Shown here: positions 52,497 to 61,956 of the stretch, in pieces
How the letters are laid out: every line of letters starts with the position of its first letter
Position numbering within the stretch: position 1 is the first letter of the stretch
Source of the DNA: Vulcanimicrobiota bacterium
GTDB taxonomy: Bacteria > Vulcanimicrobiota > Vulcanimicrobiia > Vulcanimicrobiales > Vulcanimicrobiaceae
Length of the DNA: 64,000 bases
Assembly: GCA_963723515.1 (NCBI GenBank)
Contig: CAVRQT010000003.1
Location: forward strand, 128,001-192,000
Direction of reading: 5' to 3'
Position numbers and translations under genes: made by a program
Notes under the pieces: generated by a model
What the model was told of the DNA's origin: nothing
The model's database searches: none
The model's input: only the letters and a program-made list of their open reading frames with translations

Positions 52497-53926
52497 TTTC
52501 GAACCCGTTTACCGCCCTCGATTGGGCGGCAATTTGGCCGTTGCTCTTCGTTGCGGCAACAGCGCTGGTCGTGCTCTTTTCCGACTTGGTCGTCCCGGTC
52601 ACGATCAAACGGCCCGTCGCGATTGCGATCAGTCTGATCGGGCTTCTCGTTGCGGCATATATCTGCGCGCGAAGCTACGGCCAAAGTTACAGCGCGTTCG
52701 GCGGCGGATTCATCGTCGGCGGCTTCGCGGTCGTCTTTCAAGAGGTGATCTTGCTGGCGGCGATCTTCTCGGTCGCGTTGTTTGCGGCGGTCGGCGAAAG
52801 TGAATATTTGGCGGGCTCACTGGCGCTGATGCTTTGGAGCGCGAGCGGCGCCATGTTGATGGCGGGCGCCGGCAACTTGATGACGATCTTTCTCGGCCTC
52901 GAGCTGCTCTCGCTCGCCCTCTATTGTCTCTGCGGCATGTCGAAGCGCCCGTCGGCGCGCGAGTCCGCGCTGAAATATTTGATTCTTTCGTCGACGGCGA
53001 CCGGCGTGATGCTCTACGGAATGGCCCTCTTCTTCGGAGGCAGCGGCAGCATCAATCTCTCCGCGCTCACATCGGCGCAGGTTGAAAGCAGTCCGCTTTT
53101 CATCATCGGCAGCGGTCTCTTTCTGATTGGATTAGCGTTTAAGTTGAGTCTCGTCCCGTTTCACGTATGGACGCCCGATGTCTACGAAGGCGCACCGCTT
53201 CCGGTTACGGCGTTCATGAGTGTTGCGACGAAAGCCGGGGCGTTAGCCGTCTTTGCGCGATTCGCGTACGCGGCAGTCGGAACGCCGCAGGCGCATGCCG
53301 TGCTCTATCCGATGTGGATCATCGCCGGCATCTCGATGCTCGTCGGCAATCTCGCGGCGCTCGCGCAAACCGACCTTAAGCGACTGCTGGCATACTCCGG
53401 CATCGCGCAAGTCGGCTACATCGTCGCGGCATTCGCGGGGTCGACGCAGCTCGGCTTGCGCTATGCAATTTTCTACCTTGTCGCGTATCTGTTCATGAAT
53501 TTGGGAGCGTTTGCGGTCATCGCGTTGCTCTCGAGCGAGAAAGAAGAAGGCGCGCGGATCGCCGCTTACCATGGCCTCGCCCATCGCCGCCCGCTCCTGG
53601 CCGCTGCGATGACGTTTTTCTTGCTCGCTTTAGCCGGCTTCCCGCCGACGGCCGGCTTCATCGGAAAAATATTGATTCTCTCGAGTCTGATCAGCGCGCG
53701 GTTCGCGTGGCTCGCCGGCGTACTGATCTTAGGCACTGCGATTTCGCTCTACGTGTATTTCAAAATCGTGCGTTTGATGTACGAACGGCAAGAGCCCAAA
53801 CTCGTCGTCGGCGTGAATTCGCGAGCGCCGCTGGCGTGGCTCAGCGTCGCGATCTGCGCAGTCGCGACGCTCGGCTTGACGCTCTATCCGCTCACGCCGA
53901 GTAACGTGCTCCCGCTGGTGAAGTAG
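52493..53926 (+). CDS. nuoN: NADH-quinone oxidoreductase subunit N
   Basis: ESALKY, FKLSLVPFHVWTPDVYEGAP, KRLLAYSGIA, GFPPTAGFIGK. Confidence 0.95.
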   Translation: MISNPFTALDWAAIWPLLFVAATALVVLFSDLVVPVTIKRPVAIAISLIGLLVAAYICARSYGQSYSAFGGGFIVGGFAVVFQEVILLAAIFSVALFAAVGESEYLAGSLALMLWSASGAMLMAGAGNLMTIFLGLELLSLALYCLCGMSKRPSARESALKYLILSSTATGVMLYGMALFFGGSGSINLSALTSAQVESSPLFIIGSGLFLIGLAFKLSLVPFHVWTPDVYEGAPLPVTAFMSVATKAGALAVFARFAYAAVGTPQAHAVLYPMWIIAGISMLVGNLAALAQTDLKRLLAYSGIAQVGYIVAAFAGSTQLGLRYAIFYLVAYLFMNLGAFAVIALLSSEKEEGARIAAYHGLAHRRPLLAAAMTFFLLALAGFPPTAGFIGKILILSSLISARFAWLAGVLILGTAISLYVYFKIVRLMYERQEPKLVVGVNSRAPLAWLSVAICAVATLGLTLYPLTPSNVLPLVK

Positions 53927-54380
53927 CGGCCGTAACGCGCGGTTCGTTTCGGACCGGAAAATTCACTGAATTCGCGATGAAGCAACCGGCGTGCGCCTGC
54001 TCGTGCAGCGCCTTGGCGCTCTCAACGTCGCCTGACACGACGCAGTTCGGATGCAGAATCACCTCAACGAATCTCATCTTGCCGTCGTGCGGCGCCATCG
54101 TGCCCGTGGCGTGGTCTTCGTACGAATGCACCCGGATATTATTGCGCACGCACAGCGCCAAGTACGTCAACATGTGACAGGCGCTGAGGGAGATCAGCAG
54201 CAAATCTTCAGGGTTGTGGACGGCCGGATCACCGCGGAACGCCGGATCCGACGAGCCGGTCAAGCGCGGCTTGCCGGGGATCTCTGCAGTGAACTCTCGC
54301 GAGTACGTTTGGTAATCGGTGGCCGGTCCCGCTTGCGCGCCCGTCCACCGCAGGTGGGTCTGGTAGGGATGCGACTTCAT
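53892..54380 (-). CDS. OsmC-family protein
   Basis: GSSDPAFRGD, NPEDLL..LSACHML, CFIANSV. Confidence 0.88.
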   Translation of the reverse strand: MKSHPYQTHLRWTGAQAGPATDYQTYSREFTAEIPGKPRLTGSSDPAFRGDPAVHNPEDLLLISLSACHMLTYLALCVRNNIRVHSYEDHATGTMAPHDGKMRFVEVILHPNCVVSGDVESAKALHEQAHAGCFIANSVNFPVRNEPRVTAATSPAGARYSA

Positions 54381-54475
54381 CATGGATGCTTGATTCGCTC
54401 TCCAAGGCGGTCACAGCTTGCGGGCGGCATGCGTGAAGAATATACTGACGAACTCTAATGAACTCGGGTACGGAC

Positions 54476-55649
54476 ATGAATAAGAAATTGCGTAGCCTCA
54501 TCGTAGCGTTCGCCTTGGCGTTTATTCCGGCGGTCGCAGTCGCCGCCGGGGTGACCAGCAACCCGGACGAATACACGCTTCCGTTCGATTCAAATCCGCA
54601 GGCGGTGATGCGTAGCGCCCGCGAACGCGTGGCGTCCGGCGACCTCGCCGGCGCGATCAAGCAGCTCGCAACGTACGTGAGCGCGCATCCGCGCGAAGCG
54701 GAACCCGCGCGGCTCTTGGGAGACCTCTACTACCGCGAGGGCAATTTCTCGTCGGCGGATCTCGTCTACCATAAGATCCTCGAGTTCTTCCCATACGATC
54801 GCGAGACGCACAATCGCTTAGGCGCCGTCTATGCGACGACGAATCGCGTTGACGATGCGATCAGCGAGTACAATAAGAGTCTGCCTGGCACGGACGCCGT
54901 GCCCGATTTGGTTTCGCTTCATGCGCGCAAGGGCGATTTGCCGGCTTACATTGCCGACGTGCAACGTGAAGCATCGCTCGGCCCGAGCGATCCCGATGCG
55001 CAGCACTCGTTGGGTTCGCTCTACCTTTCACTCCACGATTACGGGAACGCGCTGAAGTATTTCTTGCGTGAGCTGGACATCGTGCCGAATTCGTTGCCGG
55101 GGCTCAATCAAGCCGCGGTGACGTATATGGATCTTGGCGATTATGAGAAGGCGTTCACGCTGCTGCAATCGTTGTCTGCTCAAGGACGTGACGAGCTACG
55201 CCTGCACGGTAAACTTGGCCGCGGGAGATCTCGAAACGCGTAGTTACGACCAGGGCCGCTCGTTGCTCGATCGCGCGAAGTCGCTCGAACCGGAGCATCC
55301 GGAAATCCTCGTGAATTACGGCTACCTTCAGGATGCGCTCGGCGACTGGAAAGGCGCGGTGGCAGATTATGTGAAGGCGCTGGCGATCTCGCCCTATTCA
55401 CGCGATGCGTATTTGAATCTGGGCATCGATTACGAGCAGCATCATCTCTACGATCTGGCCGAATCGGTTTTGCTGAAGGGCTTGACGGTTGCGCCGCAAG
55501 ATGCGGCGCTGCATTACTGGCTGGGTCGTACGTACCAGGATCAGCACAAGGTCGATTTAGCGGTCAAGCAATTCCAGGCGGCTGCACAAACGAGTGACGC
55601 GCAAGTTGCAAACCTCGCGAAAATGAGGATGGCGCAACTCAGCCACTAG
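54476..55649 (+). CDS. Secreted tetratricopeptide-repeat protein (one frameshift ~55170)
   Basis: Signal peptide followed by repeated TPR-like units (HNRLGAVY, YLNLGIDY, HYWLGRTY). Confidence 0.82.
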
Positions 55650-56025
55650 ACGGACGTATCGCCACCGCGTCGATTTCGACTTTTGCGCCCAGCGGCAACG
55701 ACGCGACTCCGACCGTCGAACGCGCCGGTTTTGATTCTGCAAACGCATTGACGTACGCAGCGTTGACCGCCGGAAAATCGTTCATGTCGACGAGGTAGAT
55801 CGTCGTCTTGACGACGTCGGCGTAAGAAAGACCGCCCGCCTTGAGCACCTCGCCCAGATTGCGCAATACTTGCTCGGTTTGCGCGCTGGCATCGCCGTCG
55901 AGCAACTTCCCGGTTTCCGGAACGATCGCGATTGCGCCGCTGCAGAAAACGACATCGCCGCAGTCGATGGCTTGACTATAGGGACCGATCGGCTGTGGCG
56001 CGTGCGGTGTAAAGAGCGCCTTCAA
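55639..56025 (-). CDS. RidA/YjgF family deaminase
   Basis: APQPIGPYSQA, VVKTTIYL, PARSTVGVASLP, VEIDA. Confidence 0.92.
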   Translation of the reverse strand: MKALFTPHAPQPIGPYSQAIDCGDVVFCSGAIAIVPETGKLLDGDASAQTEQVLRNLGEVLKAGGLSYADVVKTTIYLVDMNDFPAVNAAYVNAFAESKPARSTVGVASLPLGAKVEIDAVAIRPSSG

Positions 56026-56046
56026 TGTGGCGCTGCAGCCTTGTCG

Positions 56047-57093
56047 CTATCGGCAACTGTCACCCTGAGCTGCATCGAAGGGCGACATGGTGCCTTTGTA
56101 CTTCATCGGCGTCTCTTCCATGCCGAAGTTATCTGCGTACAGTGACGAGATTCGCTCCAATTCGTCTCGTGTGAGCGGCGCAGTATCGGGCGCCTTGGCA
56201 AATTCGGTCAATTGTTCTTCATCGTAGATGTTCGGCAAGACCGTCATGATGCGCGGTTCCGCGAGCAGCCATTGAATTGCGGCTTGCCCGAGCGTGCGCT
56301 CGGGCGTCTCGAGAAAGCGCAGCTGTTCGATTTTCTCGATGCCGTTCAAGAGCCAGGAGCGCGGCCGATGGCGGCGGTGGTCGCCGGCCGGGAACGTCGT
56401 CTCGGCAGTGTATTTGCCCTCCAGCATCCCGCTTGAGTGCGGAACGCGCACCATATAACCGGTATTCGCTTGCGCTTCGTAGGCCGCGCGCAGCATCTCA
56501 TTGCCGGGATACTGCTCGAGAATGTTCCAGATCATCTGAATGCTTGTCACGTTGCGTGTCCGCGCCGCTTCGATCCCTTCGACGAGCCACCCGATGGCAG
56601 GGCCGAGCGCAACGCCGTAATAGCGAATCTTGCCTTCCGCTTTAAACGATTCGAGTAGCGCGAAGAGCTCATCGCTCTGGATCTGATCGAGATGCGCGTT
56701 GTGGATCTGGTAGAGATCGATCGTGTCGGTTTGTAAACGGCGCAGCGACTGCTCGAGGGCGAAGCGCACGAACTTCGGTGAGAAGTCGGCCGGAATCTCT
56801 TGCTGGCCTTTGCGCTCGCCGGCGTAGTTGTAGAAATCGTAGCCGAACTTCGTCGCGTAGACAACGCGCTCACGGCGACCGGCAAAAGCTTTCGCTAGTT
56901 GTTGCTCGCTGCGGCCGTTGCCGTATGTATCGGCCGCGTCGAAGAGCGTGATGCCGAGATCGAACGCTTTTTGCAGCAACTCAATGGCCTGGTCATCCGT
57001 CTTGTCGCCCCACCAGCCCGTTGAGGTGGTCCACAGACCGAAGCCGACCTCGCTGACGAGCAGATCCGTCTTGGGATACGGGCGATATTTCAT
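56047..57093 (-). CDS. Aldo/keto reductase
   Basis: VSEVGFG, FDAADTYGNG, ATKFG, SLRRLQTDTIDLYQIH. Confidence 0.92.
   Translation of the reverse strand: MKYRPYPKTDLLVSEVGFGLWTTSTGWWGDKTDDQAIELLQKAFDLGITLFDAADTYGNGRSEQQLAKAFAGRRERVVYATKFGYDFYNYAGERKGQQEIPADFSPKFVRFALEQSLRRLQTDTIDLYQIHNAHLDQIQSDELFALLESFKAEGKIRYYGVALGPAIGWLVEGIEAARTRNVTSIQMIWNILEQYPGNEMLRAAYEAQANTGYMVRVPHSSGMLEGKYTAETTFPAGDHRRHRPRSWLLNGIEKIEQLRFLETPERTLGQAAIQWLLAEPRIMTVLPNIYDEEQLTEFAKAPDTAPLTRDELERISSLYADNFGMEETPMKYKGTMSPFDAAQGDSCR
56058..56082 (-). repeat. Hairpin repeat copy (TGACA tail) forming the C-terminus of the aldo/keto reductase
   Basis: Minus strand CCCTTCGATGCAGCTCAGGGTGACA encodes PFDAAQGD. Confidence 0.85.
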
Positions 57094-57165
57094 GGCCGAG
57101 CCCCTTCGACGAAGCGCCGCACCTCTCCAGGTTCACCAACCATCCGTGCGAAGTGGAGCAGCACA

Positions 57166-58566
57166 TTGGACGATTTTACGCAGCAAAGCCGCCGCACGCT
57201 CGAGTGGATCAGCGAATATCTCGATGATAATCGCGCGTACGCCGTGCTCTCGCGCGTCAAGCCGGGCGAAATTACCGCGGCGCTTCCCGCGCAAGCGCCG
57301 GAAGAAGCGGAACCGTTCGAACGCATCTTCGCAGATTTCGAACGGATCATCATGCCCGGCATCACGCACTGGAATCACCCGCGATTCTTCGCGTACTTTG
57401 CCATTAGCGCCGCGCCGATCGCGATTCTCGCCGAAGCGCTCAGCGCGACGCTCGACGTCAATGCCATGCTGTGGCGTACGTCGCCGTCCGCCACGGAACT
57501 TGAAGAAGTTGTCCTGCGCTGGCTGCGCGAGTTGCTCGGTTTGCCCGAAACGTTTTCAGGGATTGTCTACGATACGGCGTCGATCGGTGGATTCACGGCG
57601 CTCGCTGGAGCCCGCGAGGCGCTCGGGCTAGGGATTCGCGAACGCGGCATGGCGGCCCGTAATTTGCCGCCATTGCGCGTGTACATCACCGAGCAAACGC
57701 ACTCACACATCGAAAAGGCGGCGCTTACGCTTGGCGTCGGTCGTGATGGTGTCGTTTCCATTCCCACCGACGAGCGATTCCGCATGCGGCCTGACGCGCT
57801 GCGCAAGCAACTGGCGAGCGATATCAAAGCCGGCATGAAGCCGATGTGCATCGTCGCAACCGTTGGAACCACATCGACGACATCGATCGATCCCCTGCCG
57901 CAAATAGCGGCCGTGGCGCGCGACTATCGATGTTGGCTTCACGTTGATGCGGCGTATGCCGGCGCTGCAGCGATGCTTCCAGAATGCCGCGCTCTTTTTG
58001 AAGGCATTGAATTCGCCGATTCGATCGTCGTCAATCCGCACAAGTGGCTCTTCGTACCGATCGATTTTTCGGCGCTCTACGTTCGTAAGCCGGAAATTCT
58101 CCGAAGAGCCTTCAGCTTGGTGCCGGATTACCTGGCAACGACCGAGGGCGAAGTTCATAATTACATGGATTACGGCTTGCAGCTCGGGCGCCGCTTTCGC
58201 GCGCTAAAACTGTGGTTCGTCTTACGCTATTACGGCGCCCAGAAAATCCGTGAAATGCTGCGCGCCCACATCGCGCTAGCGCAAGAGTTCGCACGGTGGG
58301 TTGAAGCGCAGCCGCATTGGGAGATCATGGCGCCGCATCCCTTTTCGGTCGTCTGCTTTCGCCACGTCCCGCCGTCGCTTAACGACGCGCTTATCGATGC
58401 GCACAACGAGCGCATTCTTGAAGCCGTCAATGCAACCGGCGAAGCCTATCTCTCCTCGACGCGTTTAAACGGCCGGCTCGTCCTGCGGCTGGCGATCGGA
58501 AATTATCGGACGACGCGCGAGGATGTTTTGGCGGCTTGGGCGTTGTTGCGCGACGCGGCTTCGTAG
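57166..58566 (+). CDS. Group II PLP-dependent decarboxylase (aromatic-L-amino-acid decarboxylase-like)
   Basis: PGITHWNHPRFFAYF, SPSATELE, HVDAAYAG, NPHKW, LGRRFRALKLW. Confidence 0.92.
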   Translation: MDDFTQQSRRTLEWISEYLDDNRAYAVLSRVKPGEITAALPAQAPEEAEPFERIFADFERIIMPGITHWNHPRFFAYFAISAAPIAILAEALSATLDVNAMLWRTSPSATELEEVVLRWLRELLGLPETFSGIVYDTASIGGFTALAGAREALGLGIRERGMAARNLPPLRVYITEQTHSHIEKAALTLGVGRDGVVSIPTDERFRMRPDALRKQLASDIKAGMKPMCIVATVGTTSTTSIDPLPQIAAVARDYRCWLHVDAAYAGAAAMLPECRALFEGIEFADSIVVNPHKWLFVPIDFSALYVRKPEILRRAFSLVPDYLATTEGEVHNYMDYGLQLGRRFRALKLWFVLRYYGAQKIREMLRAHIALAQEFARWVEAQPHWEIMAPHPFSVVCFRHVPPSLNDALIDAHNERILEAVNATGEAYLSSTRLNGRLVLRLAIGNYRTTREDVLAAWALLRDAAS

Positions 58567-59438
58567 ACGATCCGTGCCGCCGCCAGATCTTCGACCGCCT
58601 GCCCGAGCGATTTGAAGACCGTCGTATCGGTTCGCGGTACGGTTTTGGTTCCAGCGAACATTTCGCCGATTTCCGCGGCGATCGTCGCCTTCGATTGAAT
58701 CACGTCGCCGGATTCTTTGAGGGCGGCTTCTCGCGAATCAACGACAAGCGTGTTGCGCATGACGTCATCGTCGAGCTCGCGCCAGGTCGGACGGTTGGCG
58801 CCGACGGAATTCACATGCGCGCCGGGCTTCAGCCACGCGCCTTTAAGAACCGGCTCCTGTGCATTCGTTGCGGTGACGATCACATCGGCATCACGGACCG
58901 CCGCTTCAGCGTCCATCGCTCTGGCATGATTTTCGGCCGCGAATCGCTCGGCGTGCTCTGGCGTCCGGCTCCAAACGCGCACGTCCTCAAATGGATGAAT
59001 CGATGTAAGCGCTTCCAGATGCGCCTTCGCTTGCACGCCGCTGCCCAGAAGCGCCAGCACGCGACTTTGCGATGGCATGAGACGCTTCGTAACCGCTGCA
59101 GAAACGGCGGCGGTGCGCATCTCCGTGATCAGGCGGCCGTCCATGACGGCAACCGGCTCTCCCGTGTCAGCGCGAAAGAGCACGACCACGCCCAGATGCG
59201 TATGCAAGCCGCGGCCTTCATTGCGCGGATAGTAATTGATGATTTTGACGCTCGCAAAATCATCCAGGACGGCAGGCATCAGCCCTAAATATCGCTGCTT
59301 CTCTTCAATCGTCAGAACGTTGCGTACCGGCTGCAACACGCGACCGGCTGAAAGTTTCGCCAGCGCGTCTTCCATCGCCGGAATCAACTCGTCCCAGTGC
59401 AGCAAACCGCGCACGGCGTCTTCGTCGAGAAAGATCAT
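58503..59438 (-). CDS. Ornithine cyclodeaminase / mu-crystallin family protein
   Basis: ITEMRTAAVSA, LGSGVQA, GAHVNSVGA, FKSLGQAVEDLAAA. Confidence 0.92.
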   Translation of the reverse strand: MIFLDEDAVRGLLHWDELIPAMEDALAKLSAGRVLQPVRNVLTIEEKQRYLGLMPAVLDDFASVKIINYYPRNEGRGLHTHLGVVVLFRADTGEPVAVMDGRLITEMRTAAVSAAVTKRLMPSQSRVLALLGSGVQAKAHLEALTSIHPFEDVRVWSRTPEHAERFAAENHARAMDAEAAVRDADVIVTATNAQEPVLKGAWLKPGAHVNSVGANRPTWRELDDDVMRNTLVVDSREAALKESGDVIQSKATIAAEIGEMFAGTKTVPRTDTTVFKSLGQAVEDLAAARIVYEAASRNNAQAAKTSSRVVR

Positions 59439-59453
59439 GAGGTAATTCTTGTC

Positions 59454-60752
59454 TTAGTACAGGCGGAGATACGCCTGATGTTCCCAGGGGTGCACCGCAC
59501 GACGGTAGCGGTCGTACTCCGCGAGCTTCGCATCGCGAAACGCATGGTAAATGTGATCGCCCAATGCGTTGTGGATCACTTCGTCTGCATCCAGCGCTTC
59601 GATCGCTTGGCGTAGGGAAGTCGGCAACGGTTGAATGCCGCGCTCGCGGCGTTCGCGTTCGCTAAGATCGTAACTCGACCCGACAAGCGGATCGCCGGGC
59701 AACGTTTCATGCGTCGCGCCATCGCTCGCCGCGCCGAGAAGAACGGCGAGCTCGAGGTAGGGATTGCCGGCCGCATCCGGGCTGCGCATCTCGATACGCG
59801 CTTGTGATTGCGCCGGCGGAACGCGAACGAGTGCATCGGCGCTGCGGTGCGACCATGCCGTATAGATCGGTGCATCCCACGCTGCAACGAGCCGTTTGTA
59901 CGAATTGACCGTCGAGTTGCAAACCGCCGTTACGGCCGGCGCGTGCGCCAGCAAGCCGCCCACAAAATACAGTTGGGCGCCGTCGTCCGCGTTGCCGAGG
60001 CGAAAATCAACGTGCAATCCGCTGCCCGCTTGATTCTCGATCGGCTTCGGCATGAACGTCGCATCGAGTCCGTAACGCGTGGCAACTTGCTTCGTCACGT
60101 TACGAATCGTCAAGAGATGGTCCGCCGCTCGCAACGGATCCCCGTGCGGCAGGTCAACTTCATGCTGACCGTTGCCGTGCTCGTGGTGTGACGCCGCCAC
60201 TGGGACGCCCATCGTCTGCAATGCGTCGACGATCGCGCTGCGCGCCTCTTCGCCGCGGTCGTTCGGCGAAAAATCGAAGTACGAACCGACGTCCGGGCTG
60301 CGCGTCGATGCGGCTTCGAAGAGGTAGAATTCAACCTCCAGCCCGACTTGCAATCCTGGATAGTGTGCCTGCGTCGTTTCGACGACGCGGCGCAGCGTCG
60401 TTCGCGGACAGCCTTCAAACGGTGTGCCGTCGGTGGCCGCGACGTCGCAAATCATGCGTGCTTCAACGCCGTTTGCTGCGCTCCACGGATAGACGGCGAA
60501 CGTTGCCGGGTCCGGCAAGAGCGCCATGTCGAGCTCCTCGCCGCGCACGAAGCCGTCGATCGAGCCGCCGTCAAAGGTAACTTCGCCCGCGAGCGCGCGC
60601 TCCAGCTCGCCGACCGGAATCGAAACGTTCTTGCTTGCGCCCAAGATGTCGGTGAAGACAAGGCGCACAAAACGCACGTTCTGCTCCTTTGCGGAGCGCA
60701 AGAGATCGCGCTTGTTCGAAACGCGCTTCGAACCGTTACTTGTTGAGTGCAT
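59454..60752 (-). CDS. Glutamine synthetase-family protein (divergent)
   Basis: FTDILG, FDGGSIDGF, EVEFYLF, HHE..GQHE, FMPKP, NSYKRL, IEMRSPD..NPYL. Confidence 0.88.
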   Translation of the reverse strand: MHSTSNGSKRVSNKRDLLRSAKEQNVRFVRLVFTDILGASKNVSIPVGELERALAGEVTFDGGSIDGFVRGEELDMALLPDPATFAVYPWSAANGVEARMICDVAATDGTPFEGCPRTTLRRVVETTQAHYPGLQVGLEVEFYLFEAASTRSPDVGSYFDFSPNDRGEEARSAIVDALQTMGVPVAASHHEHGNGQHEVDLPHGDPLRAADHLLTIRNVTKQVATRYGLDATFMPKPIENQAGSGLHVDFRLGNADDGAQLYFVGGLLAHAPAVTAVCNSTVNSYKRLVAAWDAPIYTAWSHRSADALVRVPPAQSQARIEMRSPDAAGNPYLELAVLLGAASDGATHETLPGDPLVGSSYDLSERERRERGIQPLPTSLRQAIEALDADEVIHNALGDHIYHAFRDAKLAEYDRYRRAVHPWEHQAYLRLY

Positions 60753-61956
60753 CGATTGCCAAAGCGGTGCGTAAGGTCAACTGATCGTGCGGACTTTCGA
60801 GCTTGCAGCCGCAGATTTCTGAAATCTGCCGCAAGCGATAGAAGACGGTGTGACGGTGGACCGAGAGATGTTCGGCGGCCGTCTTGACGTTCTCCCCAAC
60901 GGAAAAATACAACGCGAGCGTGCGCTCGAGTTCGGTTTGATGCTTTTCGTCGTATGCACGAAGCGGCGCGAGTGTGCGCTCCGCGAACTGCCGCAGCGAC
61001 TGCGTCGTGCCACCTTCCAGCAGCAGCGGATAGATTCCAAGGTCATCGTATGCGCAGACATTCCCGCTGCCCAAAATCCTCCTTCCAATCACCAGCGCAT
61101 TCGTCGCTTGTTCGGCCGAGCGCGCGGCGGAAAGCAGCGGCAACCTTTCGCCGACGCCGCCGGAAAACGTCAATCCGCTATGCTTGCGCGCAGCGTTGCG
61201 CGGCAGAAGCGATGCCGCGGTCCGAATGTTTGCAACGTCGACTTCACGCTCCGCCGGAATGAGGAGCAAGAGTGTCGCGGCTCGTTCGAGGACGCCGACG
61301 TCTTTGTCTGCATGAAACGCATCGAGCGCCGCGGCACGCACAGTTGAAATCTCCGCTGCCGCCGTCGCTTCATCCGAAACCTCGGTCTCCAGCGCCAGCG
61401 CGACATACTGGTCGGCAAGCGCAATTCCACGCGCCGTAGCCTCGTCTTTGGCGGCAATGGAATCGTGGTAGCCATGCGCGAGCAGACGATCCCAAAACGT
61501 TCGCTTGCGACTGCGTCCGCCGCCGCGTTCGCGCGCCAGCTCGACGCCGATCGCGCTAGCCGTCAAGCGAATCGCCGGTTCGGCCGTACTGGATAATGTC
61601 GCGCCGAAAACGGCAAGCCAGCCGAGATGCGTCTCACCGGCAAAGATGGGCAGCGCCGCGCCTGAGGCGCCGTTGCGCAAGGCATACAGTTTGCGCGAGG
61701 CCGCTGCAGTATCTTCAAGCAAATCGCGCACGGAAGGCGGCGCACTTGAAACCGATCCGGCGGTCGCGAGATGCCGCCATTCGACGTCCTCGACGAGAAC
61801 CGTGACGCCGAGCTGCTGCGCAAGATAGCCGGCGAATGCCTTCGGGCCGCCACCGCCGGCGGCAATGCGCGAAAGCGCCTCGGCAAACGCAACGACCTGC
61901 TCGGGCGTCATAGCCGAGATTTCGGCGAGCGGTGCTGCGGCACTCCTCACCTTCAT
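60736..61956 (-). CDS. PucR/CdaR-family transcriptional regulator
   Basis: LAPLRAYD..TELERTL, AAEHLSVHRHTVFYRLRQI C-terminal HTH. ATG overlaps the upstream stop. Confidence 0.9.
   Translation of the reverse strand: MKVRSAAAPLAEISAMTPEQVVAFAEALSRIAAGGGGPKAFAGYLAQQLGVTVLVEDVEWRHLATAGSVSSAPPSVRDLLEDTAAASRKLYALRNGASGAALPIFAGETHLGWLAVFGATLSSTAEPAIRLTASAIGVELARERGGGRSRKRTFWDRLLAHGYHDSIAAKDEATARGIALADQYVALALETEVSDEATAAAEISTVRAAALDAFHADKDVGVLERAATLLLLIPAEREVDVANIRTAASLLPRNAARKHSGLTFSGGVGERLPLLSAARSAEQATNALVIGRRILGSGNVCAYDDLGIYPLLLEGGTTQSLRQFAERTLAPLRAYDEKHQTELERTLALYFSVGENVKTAAEHLSVHRHTVFYRLRQISEICGCKLESPHDQLTLRTALAIDALNK

Noticed and set aside
26..55649. Frameshifts in paaH, crotonase, DUF885, metH, transketolase, btu genes, hflX, nuoE, nuoG and TPR as pseudogenes or programmed frameshifts
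   Set aside because: They are scattered single-base indels in otherwise intact genes, including core complex I subunits, with no shared slippery motif. This is most consistent with long-read assembly error.
57102..57115. CCCTTCGAC half-match to the repeat upstream of the aldo/keto reductase
   Set aside because: There is no CTCAG arm. On the minus strand it reads AAGGGG, a plausible RBS.
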